A DNA stretch of 64,000 bases from Sphingomonadaceae bacterium (lineage in GTDB: Bacteria > Pseudomonadota > Alphaproteobacteria > Sphingomonadales > Sphingomonadaceae), in assembly GCA_041736905.1 (NCBI GenBank), contig JBGSSR010000078.1, positions 1,283-65,282 on the forward strand. Reading direction: 5' to 3'. Positions within the stretch are counted from its first letter, which is position 1. Every line of letters begins with the position of its first letter. Positions 56,666 through 64,000 of the stretch are shown here, in pieces. Position numbers and translations under genes: made by a program. The notes under the pieces were generated by a model. That model had not been told where the DNA came from and did no database searches. It saw nothing but the letters and a program-made list of their open reading frames with translations.

Positions 56666-58075
56666 TCACATGTGAAGCGCCTTGCCATAAGCCATCAACA
56701 CGCTTTCGTGCATCATCTCGCTTAGGGTTGGGTGCGGGAATACGGTGTGCATGAAATCAGTCTCCACCAATTCTGCGGTTTTGCCGACGGTGTAGCCTTG
56801 GATCAGTTCGGTAACTTCCGCGCCTACCATATGCGCGCCAAGCAATTCGCCCGTTTTCGCATCAAACACGGTTTTGATAAAGCCCTCGGCCTCGCCCAGT
56901 GCAATCGCCTTGCCATTTCCGATGAAGGGGAAAGAGCCGACTTTCAATTCATAACCCGCCTCTTTCGCCTTTGCCTCGGTCAGGCCGACGCTGGCAACTT
57001 GCGGGTGGCAGTAAGTGCAGCCAGGGATGTTCCGAACATCCATCGGGTGCGGATGGACATCCTTATTGCCGAGTTCCTGTGCGATGGCTTCTGCGGCGAT
57101 GACGCCCTCATGGCTGGCCTTGTGCGCGAGCCATGGCGGGGCGGTGATGTCGCCGATGGCCCACACGCCCTTCACATTTGTGCGGCACAGGCCGTCGGTT
57201 TTGATATGCCCGCGATCCGCGTCGATTTTTAGCGCTTCTAGACCGATGTTCTCGCTGTTCGGGACAATCCCAACGGCGACGATGCAGTGGGAAAATTCCG
57301 CCGCCTCAACCTTGCCGTCCTTGGTTTTGATTTTGGCCGACACGCCAGTGGCCGAGGTTTTGAGCTCCTCCACCCCCGCGCCGGTCAGGATTTTCATGCC
57401 CTGTTTCGTCAGCGATTTTTCGAGAAAGGCGGACACATCCGCGTCCTCCACCGGCACAATGCGGTCCATCATTTCCACAACGGTCACGTCCGCGACCATG
57501 TCGTTGTAGAAGGACGCAAACTCAATCCCAATCGCGCCCGAACCGATGACAAGCAACTTGCTAGGCATTTCGGGCGGCACCATCGCGTGACGATAGGTCC
57601 ATATCCGCTTCCCGTCGGCGGGCGCAAAGGGCAAATCGCGGGCACGCGCGCCGGTGGCGATGATGATGTGCTTGGCGGTGAGTTCCTCCGCCTTGCCGTC
57701 CTTTGTCACCGTCAACTTACCGGGCGTGGTCAATTTGCCATCGCCCATATGGACGGTAATCCTGTTCTTCTTCATCAGGTGCGTCACGCCCTGATTGAGT
57801 TGTTTCGCCACCCCGCGCGATCGGGCGACGACGGCGGCGATGTCCGCCTCAATCTTTTCCGCCTTCAGGCCGTAGTCCTTGGCATGGTTCATATAATGGA
57901 AGATTTCCGCCGAACGCAGCAGCGCCTTGGTCGGGATACAGCCCCAATTGAGGCAAATGCCGCCCAAATTCTCCCGCTCCACAATCGCGGTTTTTAGGCC
58001 TAATTGCGACGCGCGAATGGCGGCAACATAGCCACCGGGGCCGGAACCGAGGACGATGAGATCGTATTGGGACAT
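56666..58075 (-). CDS. lpd: Dihydrolipoyl dehydrogenase (E3)
   Basis: YDLIVLGSGPGGYVAAIRA, GGICLNWGCIPTK redox-active disulfide and HPTLSE C-terminal motif. Confidence 0.96.
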   Translation of the reverse strand: MSQYDLIVLGSGPGGYVAAIRASQLGLKTAIVERENLGGICLNWGCIPTKALLRSAEIFHYMNHAKDYGLKAEKIEADIAAVVARSRGVAKQLNQGVTHLMKKNRITVHMGDGKLTTPGKLTVTKDGKAEELTAKHIIIATGARARDLPFAPADGKRIWTYRHAMVPPEMPSKLLVIGSGAIGIEFASFYNDMVADVTVVEMMDRIVPVEDADVSAFLEKSLTKQGMKILTGAGVEELKTSATGVSAKIKTKDGKVEAAEFSHCIVAVGIVPNSENIGLEALKIDADRGHIKTDGLCRTNVKGVWAIGDITAPPWLAHKASHEGVIAAEAIAQELGNKDVHPHPMDVRNIPGCTYCHPQVASVGLTEAKAKEAGYELKVGSFPFIGNGKAIALGEAEGFIKTVFDAKTGELLGAHMVGAEVTELIQGYTVGKTAELVETDFMHTVFPHPTLSEMMHESVLMAYGKALHM

Positions 58076-58160
58076 ATGCTTTTCCTTGGGGATGGAACGG
58101 ATAATTTCTGTTTATCGAGTGGCCGCGGCGCAGTCTATACCGCGCCGCGACCTTATAGTT

Positions 58161-58838
58161 TTAGAAACGCGCGCCGATGTTCACATGGCCTTGGAACCGT
58201 TGCAGGTTCCAATCGGTGCCTTCAAAATTGCCGAATTCCGACACTTTCATGCCAAGGCCCAGATACAATGTGTTGTTCAATTGGTGGTTGTAGCCAAGGC
58301 TAACCCCGATACCGCCACGTGCATCCGTGCTAGCAAAGTCCAGGTTCGCGCCGGTGGTGACAGGGGTGTAATCCTCGGTATAGTCAAGGTCATACATGTC
58401 ATAGCCAAGGCCCAAATAAATTTCGCCGCGCCCCATAACTAGTGCGCCGCGCACACCGACCGACAGGTTCGATTTCGACTTGGTGCAGATATCAATGTCA
58501 TAAACCGCGCCGCCAATGCTGTCCCGCTCACGGTCGCATTCTTCGGAGCTGCTCAAATCATAGGAGACATAGGGTCCAACGGTGGCGGCGTCGCTCACCG
58601 GAATGTCATAACCAATTTCACCGCCATAGGCGAAGCTGGAAGACAAAGGAATCGCATAGGTGAAGTTGGCGTCTTCCTCATTCAGGTTCGGCTTTTCCAT
58701 ACCCACATGCGCCTCAATGCGCAGGCCGCCGATTTCGGGTGCGACTTCTTCATCATACGGCGCAGGCGCGGGACCAGCTTGCGCAAAGGCAGGCGTGGCG
58801 GCGGTCAACAACAACGCAGTGACAATTAGCTTTTTCAT
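58161..58838 (-). CDS. Outer-membrane beta-barrel protein (OmpA-like/opacity porin family)
   Basis: MKKLIVTALLLTAATPAFAQ signal peptide, alternating-hydrophobicity strands, and C-terminal ...HVNIGARF with terminal Phe. Confidence 0.8.
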   Translation of the reverse strand: MKKLIVTALLLTAATPAFAQAGPAPAPYDEEVAPEIGGLRIEAHVGMEKPNLNEEDANFTYAIPLSSSFAYGGEIGYDIPVSDAATVGPYVSYDLSSSEECDRERDSIGGAVYDIDICTKSKSNLSVGVRGALVMGRGEIYLGLGYDMYDLDYTEDYTPVTTGANLDFASTDARGGIGVSLGYNHQLNNTLYLGLGMKVSEFGNFEGTDWNLQRFQGHVNIGARF

Positions 58839-58977
58839 AAATCCCTCATTTGTGAATGCGACGCAAACATTGCGGCGCCCTCATGGATTAGCAATCGGCC
58901 CAAATATGAAAAATGAAAGCTCAGGCGACTTAATACGAAATTCGTTGCTGTGGTGCAATTCAGCAACAGTTCCCGTC

Positions 58978-60324
58978 TCAAGCCAACATCCCCAACGGCG
59001 CCTCAACAAACTCCTTGAACGCCTTCATCAGTTGCGCACCGTCTGCGCCGTCAATGGCGCGATGGTCGAAGCTGCCGGTGGCGCTCATGATGGATGCGAC
59101 GCCAAGCTGGCCGTCCTCCATCACCCATGGGCGTTTATCGCCCGCGCCGATGGCCATGATCATGCCCTGCGGCGGGTTGATGACGGCTTCAAATTGCTTG
59201 ATGCCGAACATGCCCATGTTGGACAGGCTGGCGGTGCCGCCTTGGAATTCCTCTGGCTTCAACTTGCCATCCTTCGCGCGGGAGGCGAGGTCTTTCATCT
59301 CGGTGGAGATGGCGGACAGGCTCTTGCCATCGGCGTCCGATATGATCGGCGTGATGAGGCCAGCGGGCACGCTGACCGCGACCGAAATATCGGCGCGCTG
59401 GTAGCTGATGAGTTCTTGGCCCGCAAATGCCACATTGCATTTCGGCACCGCGACCAGCGCCTTGCCCAATGCCTTGATGAGGAGGTCGTTGACGGACAGC
59501 TTCACGCCCTTCGCCTCCAGCGCCGCGTTCATTTCGGTGCGCATGGCCAGCAAGCGGTCGAGGCGAATATCGACGGTGAGGTAAATATGCGGCACCGTCT
59601 GCTTCGATTCGGTCAGGCGGCGGGCGATGGTTTTGCGCATACCGGACAGCTTTTCGACCGTGTGAGGAATACGCGCATCGAGGATCGCGGCGGTGTCTGG
59701 CGCGGCCTGAACCGTCGACACGGCGGGGGGTGTAGCGGCAGCGACCGAAGCGGGCGCGCCAACCTTTGCGTTCTCTACATCCGCCTTCACAATCCGGCCA
59801 TTGGGTCCTGAGCCGGAAATGGTCGAGAGGTCCATCCCCTTCGCGACGGCAATGCGCTTGGCCAACGGGCTGGCTTTCACGCGCGCGCCGGATGCGACCG
59901 CCTTTACATCATCGCGCACGATCCTGCCGTTGGGGCCAGTGCCAGCGACCGATTTCAAATCCACGCCTTCATCGGCGGCGACTTTCTTTGCATTGGGGCT
60001 GGCAATGACACGGTCCGATTTAGCGGCGGGTGCGGAGTCAGCCTTTGGCACAGGGGAAGCGGCGGAGGCATCCTCGCCCTCACTTGCGACGATCGCGATT
60101 TCAGTGCCGACCTTCACATTTTCGGTGCCTTCAGCCACCAAGATCTTCGCAATCACGCCATCGTCAATCGCCTCAAATTCCATCGTCGCTTTGTCGGTTT
60201 CAATCTCGGCCAGCAAATCGCCCGCGCTGACATTGTCGCCTTCTTTGACAAGCCATTTGGCAAGCGTCCCTTCCTCCATCGTGGGGGACAAGGCGGGCAT
60301 TTTCAGGCTGATGGGCATGGGCAA
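58978..60324 (-). CDS. pdhC: Pyruvate dehydrogenase complex dihydrolipoamide acetyltransferase (E2)
   Basis: Lipoyl domain ([15 protein letters not shown]), two PSBD-like segments and a catalytic domain with [10 protein letters not shown]. Confidence 0.93.
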   Translation of the reverse strand: MPMPISLKMPALSPTMEEGTLAKWLVKEGDNVSAGDLLAEIETDKATMEFEAIDDGVIAKILVAEGTENVKVGTEIAIVASEGEDASAASPVPKADSAPAAKSDRVIASPNAKKVAADEGVDLKSVAGTGPNGRIVRDDVKAVASGARVKASPLAKRIAVAKGMDLSTISGSGPNGRIVKADVENAKVGAPASVAAATPPAVSTVQAAPDTAAILDARIPHTVEKLSGMRKTIARRLTESKQTVPHIYLTVDIRLDRLLAMRTEMNAALEAKGVKLSVNDLLIKALGKALVAVPKCNVAFAGQELISYQRADISVAVSVPAGLITPIISDADGKSLSAISTEMKDLASRAKDGKLKPEEFQGGTASLSNMGMFGIKQFEAVINPPQGMIMAIGAGDKRPWVMEDGQLGVASIMSATGSFDHRAIDGADGAQLMKAFKEFVEAPLGMLA

Positions 60325-60490
60325 CGGCTCCTCAAATTGACTAACAGGCTGGCCCGCAAAGGGGGAAAGGGCGCGGCTTTACCCATCCCGCTTGCCACCA
60401 TACGATTTTTGGCGCAAGTTCCCACATAGCTATTCGCGCCCTTTTTATCGATTGCGCGCATGGACGATATGGATGGGGGCTATCTTAAAA

Positions 60491-60952
60491 ATGGGAACAC
60501 GGACATATCTGGTCGTGATTGATGAGACCGAGGAGGCGCGTTTAGCGTTGCGTTTCGCGTCCCAACGGGCGAACAAAACCGGCGGCCATGTGCTAATTTT
60601 GGCGCTTGTCCCGCGTCAGGATTTCCTCGCATGGGGCGGTGTTCAGGCGACAATGGAGGATGAGGCGCGCGCGCGGGCGGAGGCCCTTTTGAACAGTGCA
60701 GCGGGCGAAATCTTCGCGGAAAGTGGCGTGCGCCCGGCGATCATGGTCAAAAGCGGCGATGCCAGCCAAGTCATCCGCGAAGTCATCGACGACCATGGCG
60801 AGGTCGCCGCGTTGGTTCTCGCCACCGCCGCATCGGGTGCACCGGGGCCACTGGTGAAACACTTCACTGGGCATAACAGCGGCACGTTGCCCTGCCCCGT
60901 GATGGTCATTCCGGGGTCGTTGAGCCAAGAGGCGCTTGACCGGATAACCTAA
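60491..60952 (+). CDS. Universal stress protein family protein
   Basis: MGTRTYLVVIDETEEARLALRFA, ...ALVLATAASGAPGPLV and CPVMVIPG blocks. The ORF opens at 60392. The stop overlaps the convergent rnr stop. Confidence 0.75.
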   Translation: MGTRTYLVVIDETEEARLALRFASQRANKTGGHVLILALVPRQDFLAWGGVQATMEDEARARAEALLNSAAGEIFAESGVRPAIMVKSGDASQVIREVIDDHGEVAALVLATAASGAPGPLVKHFTGHNSGTLPCPVMVIPGSLSQEALDRIT

Positions 60953-63231
60953 CGCCGTTTTCCCTGATGCCGAATATTCTTTGGCCGCCCTCGCCGACCC
61001 ATGGGTAGGGCCTTACCCTTATAGGTTTTGCCATCATGCGCCGGATGCCGGTCACTGCCATCCTCATCGACGATGGCAAAGCGCAATCCGCCACTAATCG
61101 GATTGGCCTCAACCAATTTGAGTTTCAACCGCTGCCCCTGATCATAGCGCCGCCCGCTATGTTCACCGATGAGGGCGTTGGCCGCCTCGTCATAGCGATA
61201 ATAATCATCGCCAAGAGTGGACACTGGCACGATGCCGTCGCCGCCAATGCCCTCCACCGTTGCAAAGAAGCCGAAATTCTGCACGCCGGTGATGCGGGTG
61301 TCGACAATTTGCCCAACATATTGGGTGAGATAAGCGGCGATATAGCGGTCGGTCGTCTCGCGTTCGGCGGACATGGCGCGCCGTTCGGTCAGGCTAATCG
61401 CTTCTGCAATGCGCGGCAAACGATCGATTTCGGATTTGGATAGGCCGCTATGTTCGGGCACGTCCATGTCGGGCGCGCTGTCCTCCAACCCATAAGCGGA
61501 CACCAAAGCGCGGTGGACGATAAGGTCGCTATACCGCCGAATGGGTGAGGTGAAGTGCGCATAACTACCCAAGGCTAGGCCAAAATGCCCTGCCCCATCG
61601 GGCGTATAGAGCGCCTGCGTCTGGGTGCGCAGGATTTGCTCCATGACCTGCGGCAGGATAGTCTCATCAGTTACCCTCTCAAGGATTCGGTTGAACATGT
61701 CGGGCACGACCGTTTGGCCAAGCGTGAATTCAATGCCCAGCGTTTTGAGATATTCCTTCAACGCCATCAACTTTTCGCGGCTTGGCGGTTCATGCGTACG
61801 GTAGAGGAGCGGCGATTTCTTAGCCTCCAATGCTTTCGCCGCCGCGACGTTGGCGGCAATCATGAAATCCTCCACCAGTCGGTGCGCGTCCAACCGTTCG
61901 CGCACGATGACGCCGGATATTTTGCCGGCGTCGTCCAGCTTCACCTGCTTTTCGGGCAGGTCGAGGTTCAGCGGCCCGCGCCGGTCGCGGGCTTTGGCGA
62001 GCAATGCCCAAGCATCCCATAACGGACGCAGCGCCGTCTCGGTTAAGGGGTGCGGCTTCTCACCATCAATCGCCGCCTGCGCATCCTCATAGGCAATGTT
62101 CGCCGCCAAACGGACAAGGGCGCGGGTGAAGCGCCAGCTTTTCACTTGCCCGCCCGCGTCGATGGTCATGTGACAGACCAGCGCGGCGCGGTCCTGACCC
62201 TGTTTCAGGGAACATTTGTCGCTGCTGAGTTCATGCGGCAACATCGGCACGACTTGGTCGGGGAAATAGACACTGTTGCCGCGCTTCAACGCCTCTTTGT
62301 CGAGCGCGCCGCCAGTGCGGACGTAATAGGATACGTCGGCAATCGCGACCAGCGCAACAAAGCCGCCCTTGTTGGCGTCGCTATCATCCGGCGCGGCCCA
62401 GATGGCATCGTCATGGTCCCGCGCATCGGCGGGGTCGATGGCGAGGATAGGCAGATGCCGCAAATCTTCCCGCTTGTTGGGCATGAGCGGCAGGCTGGCG
62501 ACCATCCGCGCCTCCGCCACCGCCTCATCTGGCATGATATAGGGGATGCCATGTTTATGAATAGCAATCAAACTGAACGATTTGGGCGCCAGAGGATCAC
62601 CGAGAACTTGCGTTACTTTCGCGCGCGTTTGCCCGCCGCTGCCCGATTTGGTGGCGAGTACCAATTGCCCCGCCTCCGCATTGCCGGGATCGGACACGGG
62701 AGTATCCCGCCTCGACGCCTTATCAATGGCGCGCAGCCAGAAGCGGCCCGCTTTGTCCTGCTCCAACACGCCCATTTCGGTTTCCGCCGCACCGCTGAGC
62801 TTTTTCATCGGATAGGCGACGTATCCCGCGCCGCTCTCCTCGGTCCGCGCAAGGATTTTGTCGCCAACGGTCAGTTGCGCCGTCCCTTTGCGCTCCATCA
62901 CGCGCAGGCGCGGCGGAGGCACGCCATCGGCGTCCCATTTGTCGGGCGTGGCGAACAGTTGGTCATCCTCACGATCGACAATGCGCAGCACCGTAACCTT
63001 TGGCACGCCGCCCATTTTGTGGAAAGCACGCGAGCGTTCGGAGTCAATCAACCCCTCATCCGCCATATCGCGGAGCAGCGCCTTAAGCTTGATCTTCTCC
63101 GCCCCTTTTAGCCCAAAGGCACGGGCAATTTCGCGTTTGCCGGTGGGCGTGTCGCTGGTTTGGATAAACTCCAAAATCTTATCGCGGCTTGGCAGGCCCG
63201 CGGTGAAGCCGGGTTTGGGGGGCTTGGTCAA
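60949..63231 (-). CDS. rnr: Ribonuclease R
   Basis: RNB domain blocks (IDPADARDHDDAIW, YFPDQVVPMLP, HFGLALGSYAHFTSPIRRYSDLIVHR). C-terminal S1 domain and a basic tail. Confidence 0.95.
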   Translation of the reverse strand: MTKPPKPGFTAGLPSRDKILEFIQTSDTPTGKREIARAFGLKGAEKIKLKALLRDMADEGLIDSERSRAFHKMGGVPKVTVLRIVDREDDQLFATPDKWDADGVPPPRLRVMERKGTAQLTVGDKILARTEESGAGYVAYPMKKLSGAAETEMGVLEQDKAGRFWLRAIDKASRRDTPVSDPGNAEAGQLVLATKSGSGGQTRAKVTQVLGDPLAPKSFSLIAIHKHGIPYIMPDEAVAEARMVASLPLMPNKREDLRHLPILAIDPADARDHDDAIWAAPDDSDANKGGFVALVAIADVSYYVRTGGALDKEALKRGNSVYFPDQVVPMLPHELSSDKCSLKQGQDRAALVCHMTIDAGGQVKSWRFTRALVRLAANIAYEDAQAAIDGEKPHPLTETALRPLWDAWALLAKARDRRGPLNLDLPEKQVKLDDAGKISGVIVRERLDAHRLVEDFMIAANVAAAKALEAKKSPLLYRTHEPPSREKLMALKEYLKTLGIEFTLGQTVVPDMFNRILERVTDETILPQVMEQILRTQTQALYTPDGAGHFGLALGSYAHFTSPIRRYSDLIVHRALVSAYGLEDSAPDMDVPEHSGLSKSEIDRLPRIAEAISLTERRAMSAERETTDRYIAAYLTQYVGQIVDTRITGVQNFGFFATVEGIGGDGIVPVSTLGDDYYRYDEAANALIGEHSGRRYDQGQRLKLKLVEANPISGGLRFAIVDEDGSDRHPAHDGKTYKGKALPMGRRGRPKNIRHQGKRR

Positions 63232-64000
63232 TTAATAGGCCCGCCCGATAAGGATCTTCTGCGTTGCGGGTTCGCCAGTGAAGAAACACGCGCCGGTTGC
63301 GGGGGCAGCATCACGGGGCGTGTTGCGCATGGTGAGTTGCAGCGTTTTCAGCTTCTCTACAATGGCATCCAACGCCTCACCCGATGGCGCGGACCATTTG
63401 ACCTCAACCCAACCGGGATATTTATCCTTGCCTTTATAGTGCGCAGTCAGGCCGTCAAAATCGGTGATGTCGCGCCGGATGGAGGCATCCAACCGCGCGC
63501 GGGCGGCGGTGTAGAGTTCGACCTCTATGCTCTCCAGCATCGCGGCCGCCTGCCCCACAAAGTCGGCGCGGTCGGGGAATTGGCTGTTCAGCTTGCCGTC
63601 CTCTTTGTAGAGGTCTGTGCGTTTGATAACCGCCAGTTTCCCATTGGCGACATCACGCGGGCCAACCTCGATAATAATCGGCGCGCCTTTTTTGACCCAG
63701 CCCCATCGTTTGGTCGCGGCCTTCGTCGCGCGGGTGTCGAGTAGCACACGGATGCGTTCCTGAAACGCGGTTTGCCCGCGCAAGTCCGCCGCCAGTGATT
63801 GGCAGTATTCCATCACAGCGGCATCGCCCTCATCATCGCGCAACATCGGCACGATAACGATCTGATGCGGGGCGACTTGTGGTGGGCAGCGCAGGCCGTC
63901 ATCGTCGCCGTGCACCATAATCATGCCGCCAATCATACGCGTGCTCATGCCCCAACTGGTGGTATGCGCGAGTTGTTGAGTGCCCTCAGCATCCTGATAG
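63232..64000 (-). CDS. proS: Proline-tRNA ligase, C-terminal part (5' end beyond the window)
   Basis: GGMIMVHGDDDGLRCPPQVAPHQIVIVP (anticodon-binding domain entry) and a C-terminal Zn-less ProRS-C domain ending ...ILIGRAY. The reading frame stays open to the window edge. Confidence 0.88.
   Translation of the reverse strand, partial: YQDAEGTQQLAHTTSWGMSTRMIGGMIMVHGDDDGLRCPPQVAPHQIVIVPMLRDDEGDAAVMEYCQSLAADLRGQTAFQERIRVLLDTRATKAATKRWGWVKKGAPIIIEVGPRDVANGKLAVIKRTDLYKEDGKLNSQFPDRADFVGQAAAMLESIEVELYTAARARLDASIRRDITDFDGLTAHYKGKDKYPGWVEVKWSAPSGEALDAIVEKLKTLQLTMRNTPRDAAPATGACFFTGEPATQKILIGRAY

Noticed and set aside
58100-58150. GC-rich inverted repeat (GCGGCGC...GCGCCGC) between the OMP gene and lpd
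   Set aside because: It could form a hairpin, but no U-tract follows on the minus strand. Function cannot be assigned from sequence.
58944-58967. Hairpin GTTGCTG-N10-CAGCAAC after the pdhC stop as a terminator
   Set aside because: The stem is only 7 bp with a large loop and a weak, interrupted U-tract. Too marginal to list as a feature.
1-64000. Scan for CRISPR arrays, IS elements/transposases, integrases, prophage genes, toxin-antitoxin pairs, tRNA and rRNA genes
   Set aside because: None recognised by eye in any frame or intergenic region. The glycan locus has no flanking mobility genes or tRNA, so I do not call it a genomic island on mobility grounds.

Overview
Dense 64-kb chromosomal window with about 65 genes, from an alphaproteobacterium. 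Supporting markers are ChpT, a split PntAA/PntAB/PntB transhydrogenase, RpoH with a matching CTTG-N17-CCTATAT promoter ahead of dnaK, a 41-aa aa3-oxidase subunit IV and a type-A RNase P RNA. Gene content resembles Sphingomonadales, but that is inference. I recognised no transposase, integrase, CRISPR, tRNA or rRNA by eye. The accessory part (about 4.3-21.4 kb) is a Wzx/Wzy-dependent surface-polysaccharide locus. It encodes an fnlA/B/C-like UDP-L-FucNAc-type pathway, a DegT aminotransferase, a PglC-type initiating transferase, two GT4 glycosyltransferases, a flippase, a polymerase and a UDP-GlcA 4-epimerase. It also carries an unusually heavy tailoring set: three PAPS-type sulfotransferases, two methyltransferases, one LbH acetyltransferase and one CE4-like deacetylase. 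This candidate multiply sulfated bacterial glycan is the most interesting system in the window. The remainder is housekeeping: a TonB receptor fragment, a DUF1800/DUF1501 pair, ubiG, manC/manA, lysC, argF/argD, dnaKJ, dprA, plsY, a GGDEF-EAL protein, dapF, mtaB, ftsY, yciB, sodB, pntAA/AB/B, a sigma-54-type activator, rnpB, an amidase, chpT, rluD, rpoH, mtgA, adhC, astA/astD plus an M20 hydrolase, lpd, pdhC, rnr and proS. Smaller oddities are a DUF4157-like HExxH protein coupled to a lipoprotein, an AT-rich ORFan islet, a PDH E2 with two subunit-binding domains, and a perfect 16-bp palindrome. Many long ORFs in the supplied track are antisense shadows of real genes, as expected in GC-rich DNA.
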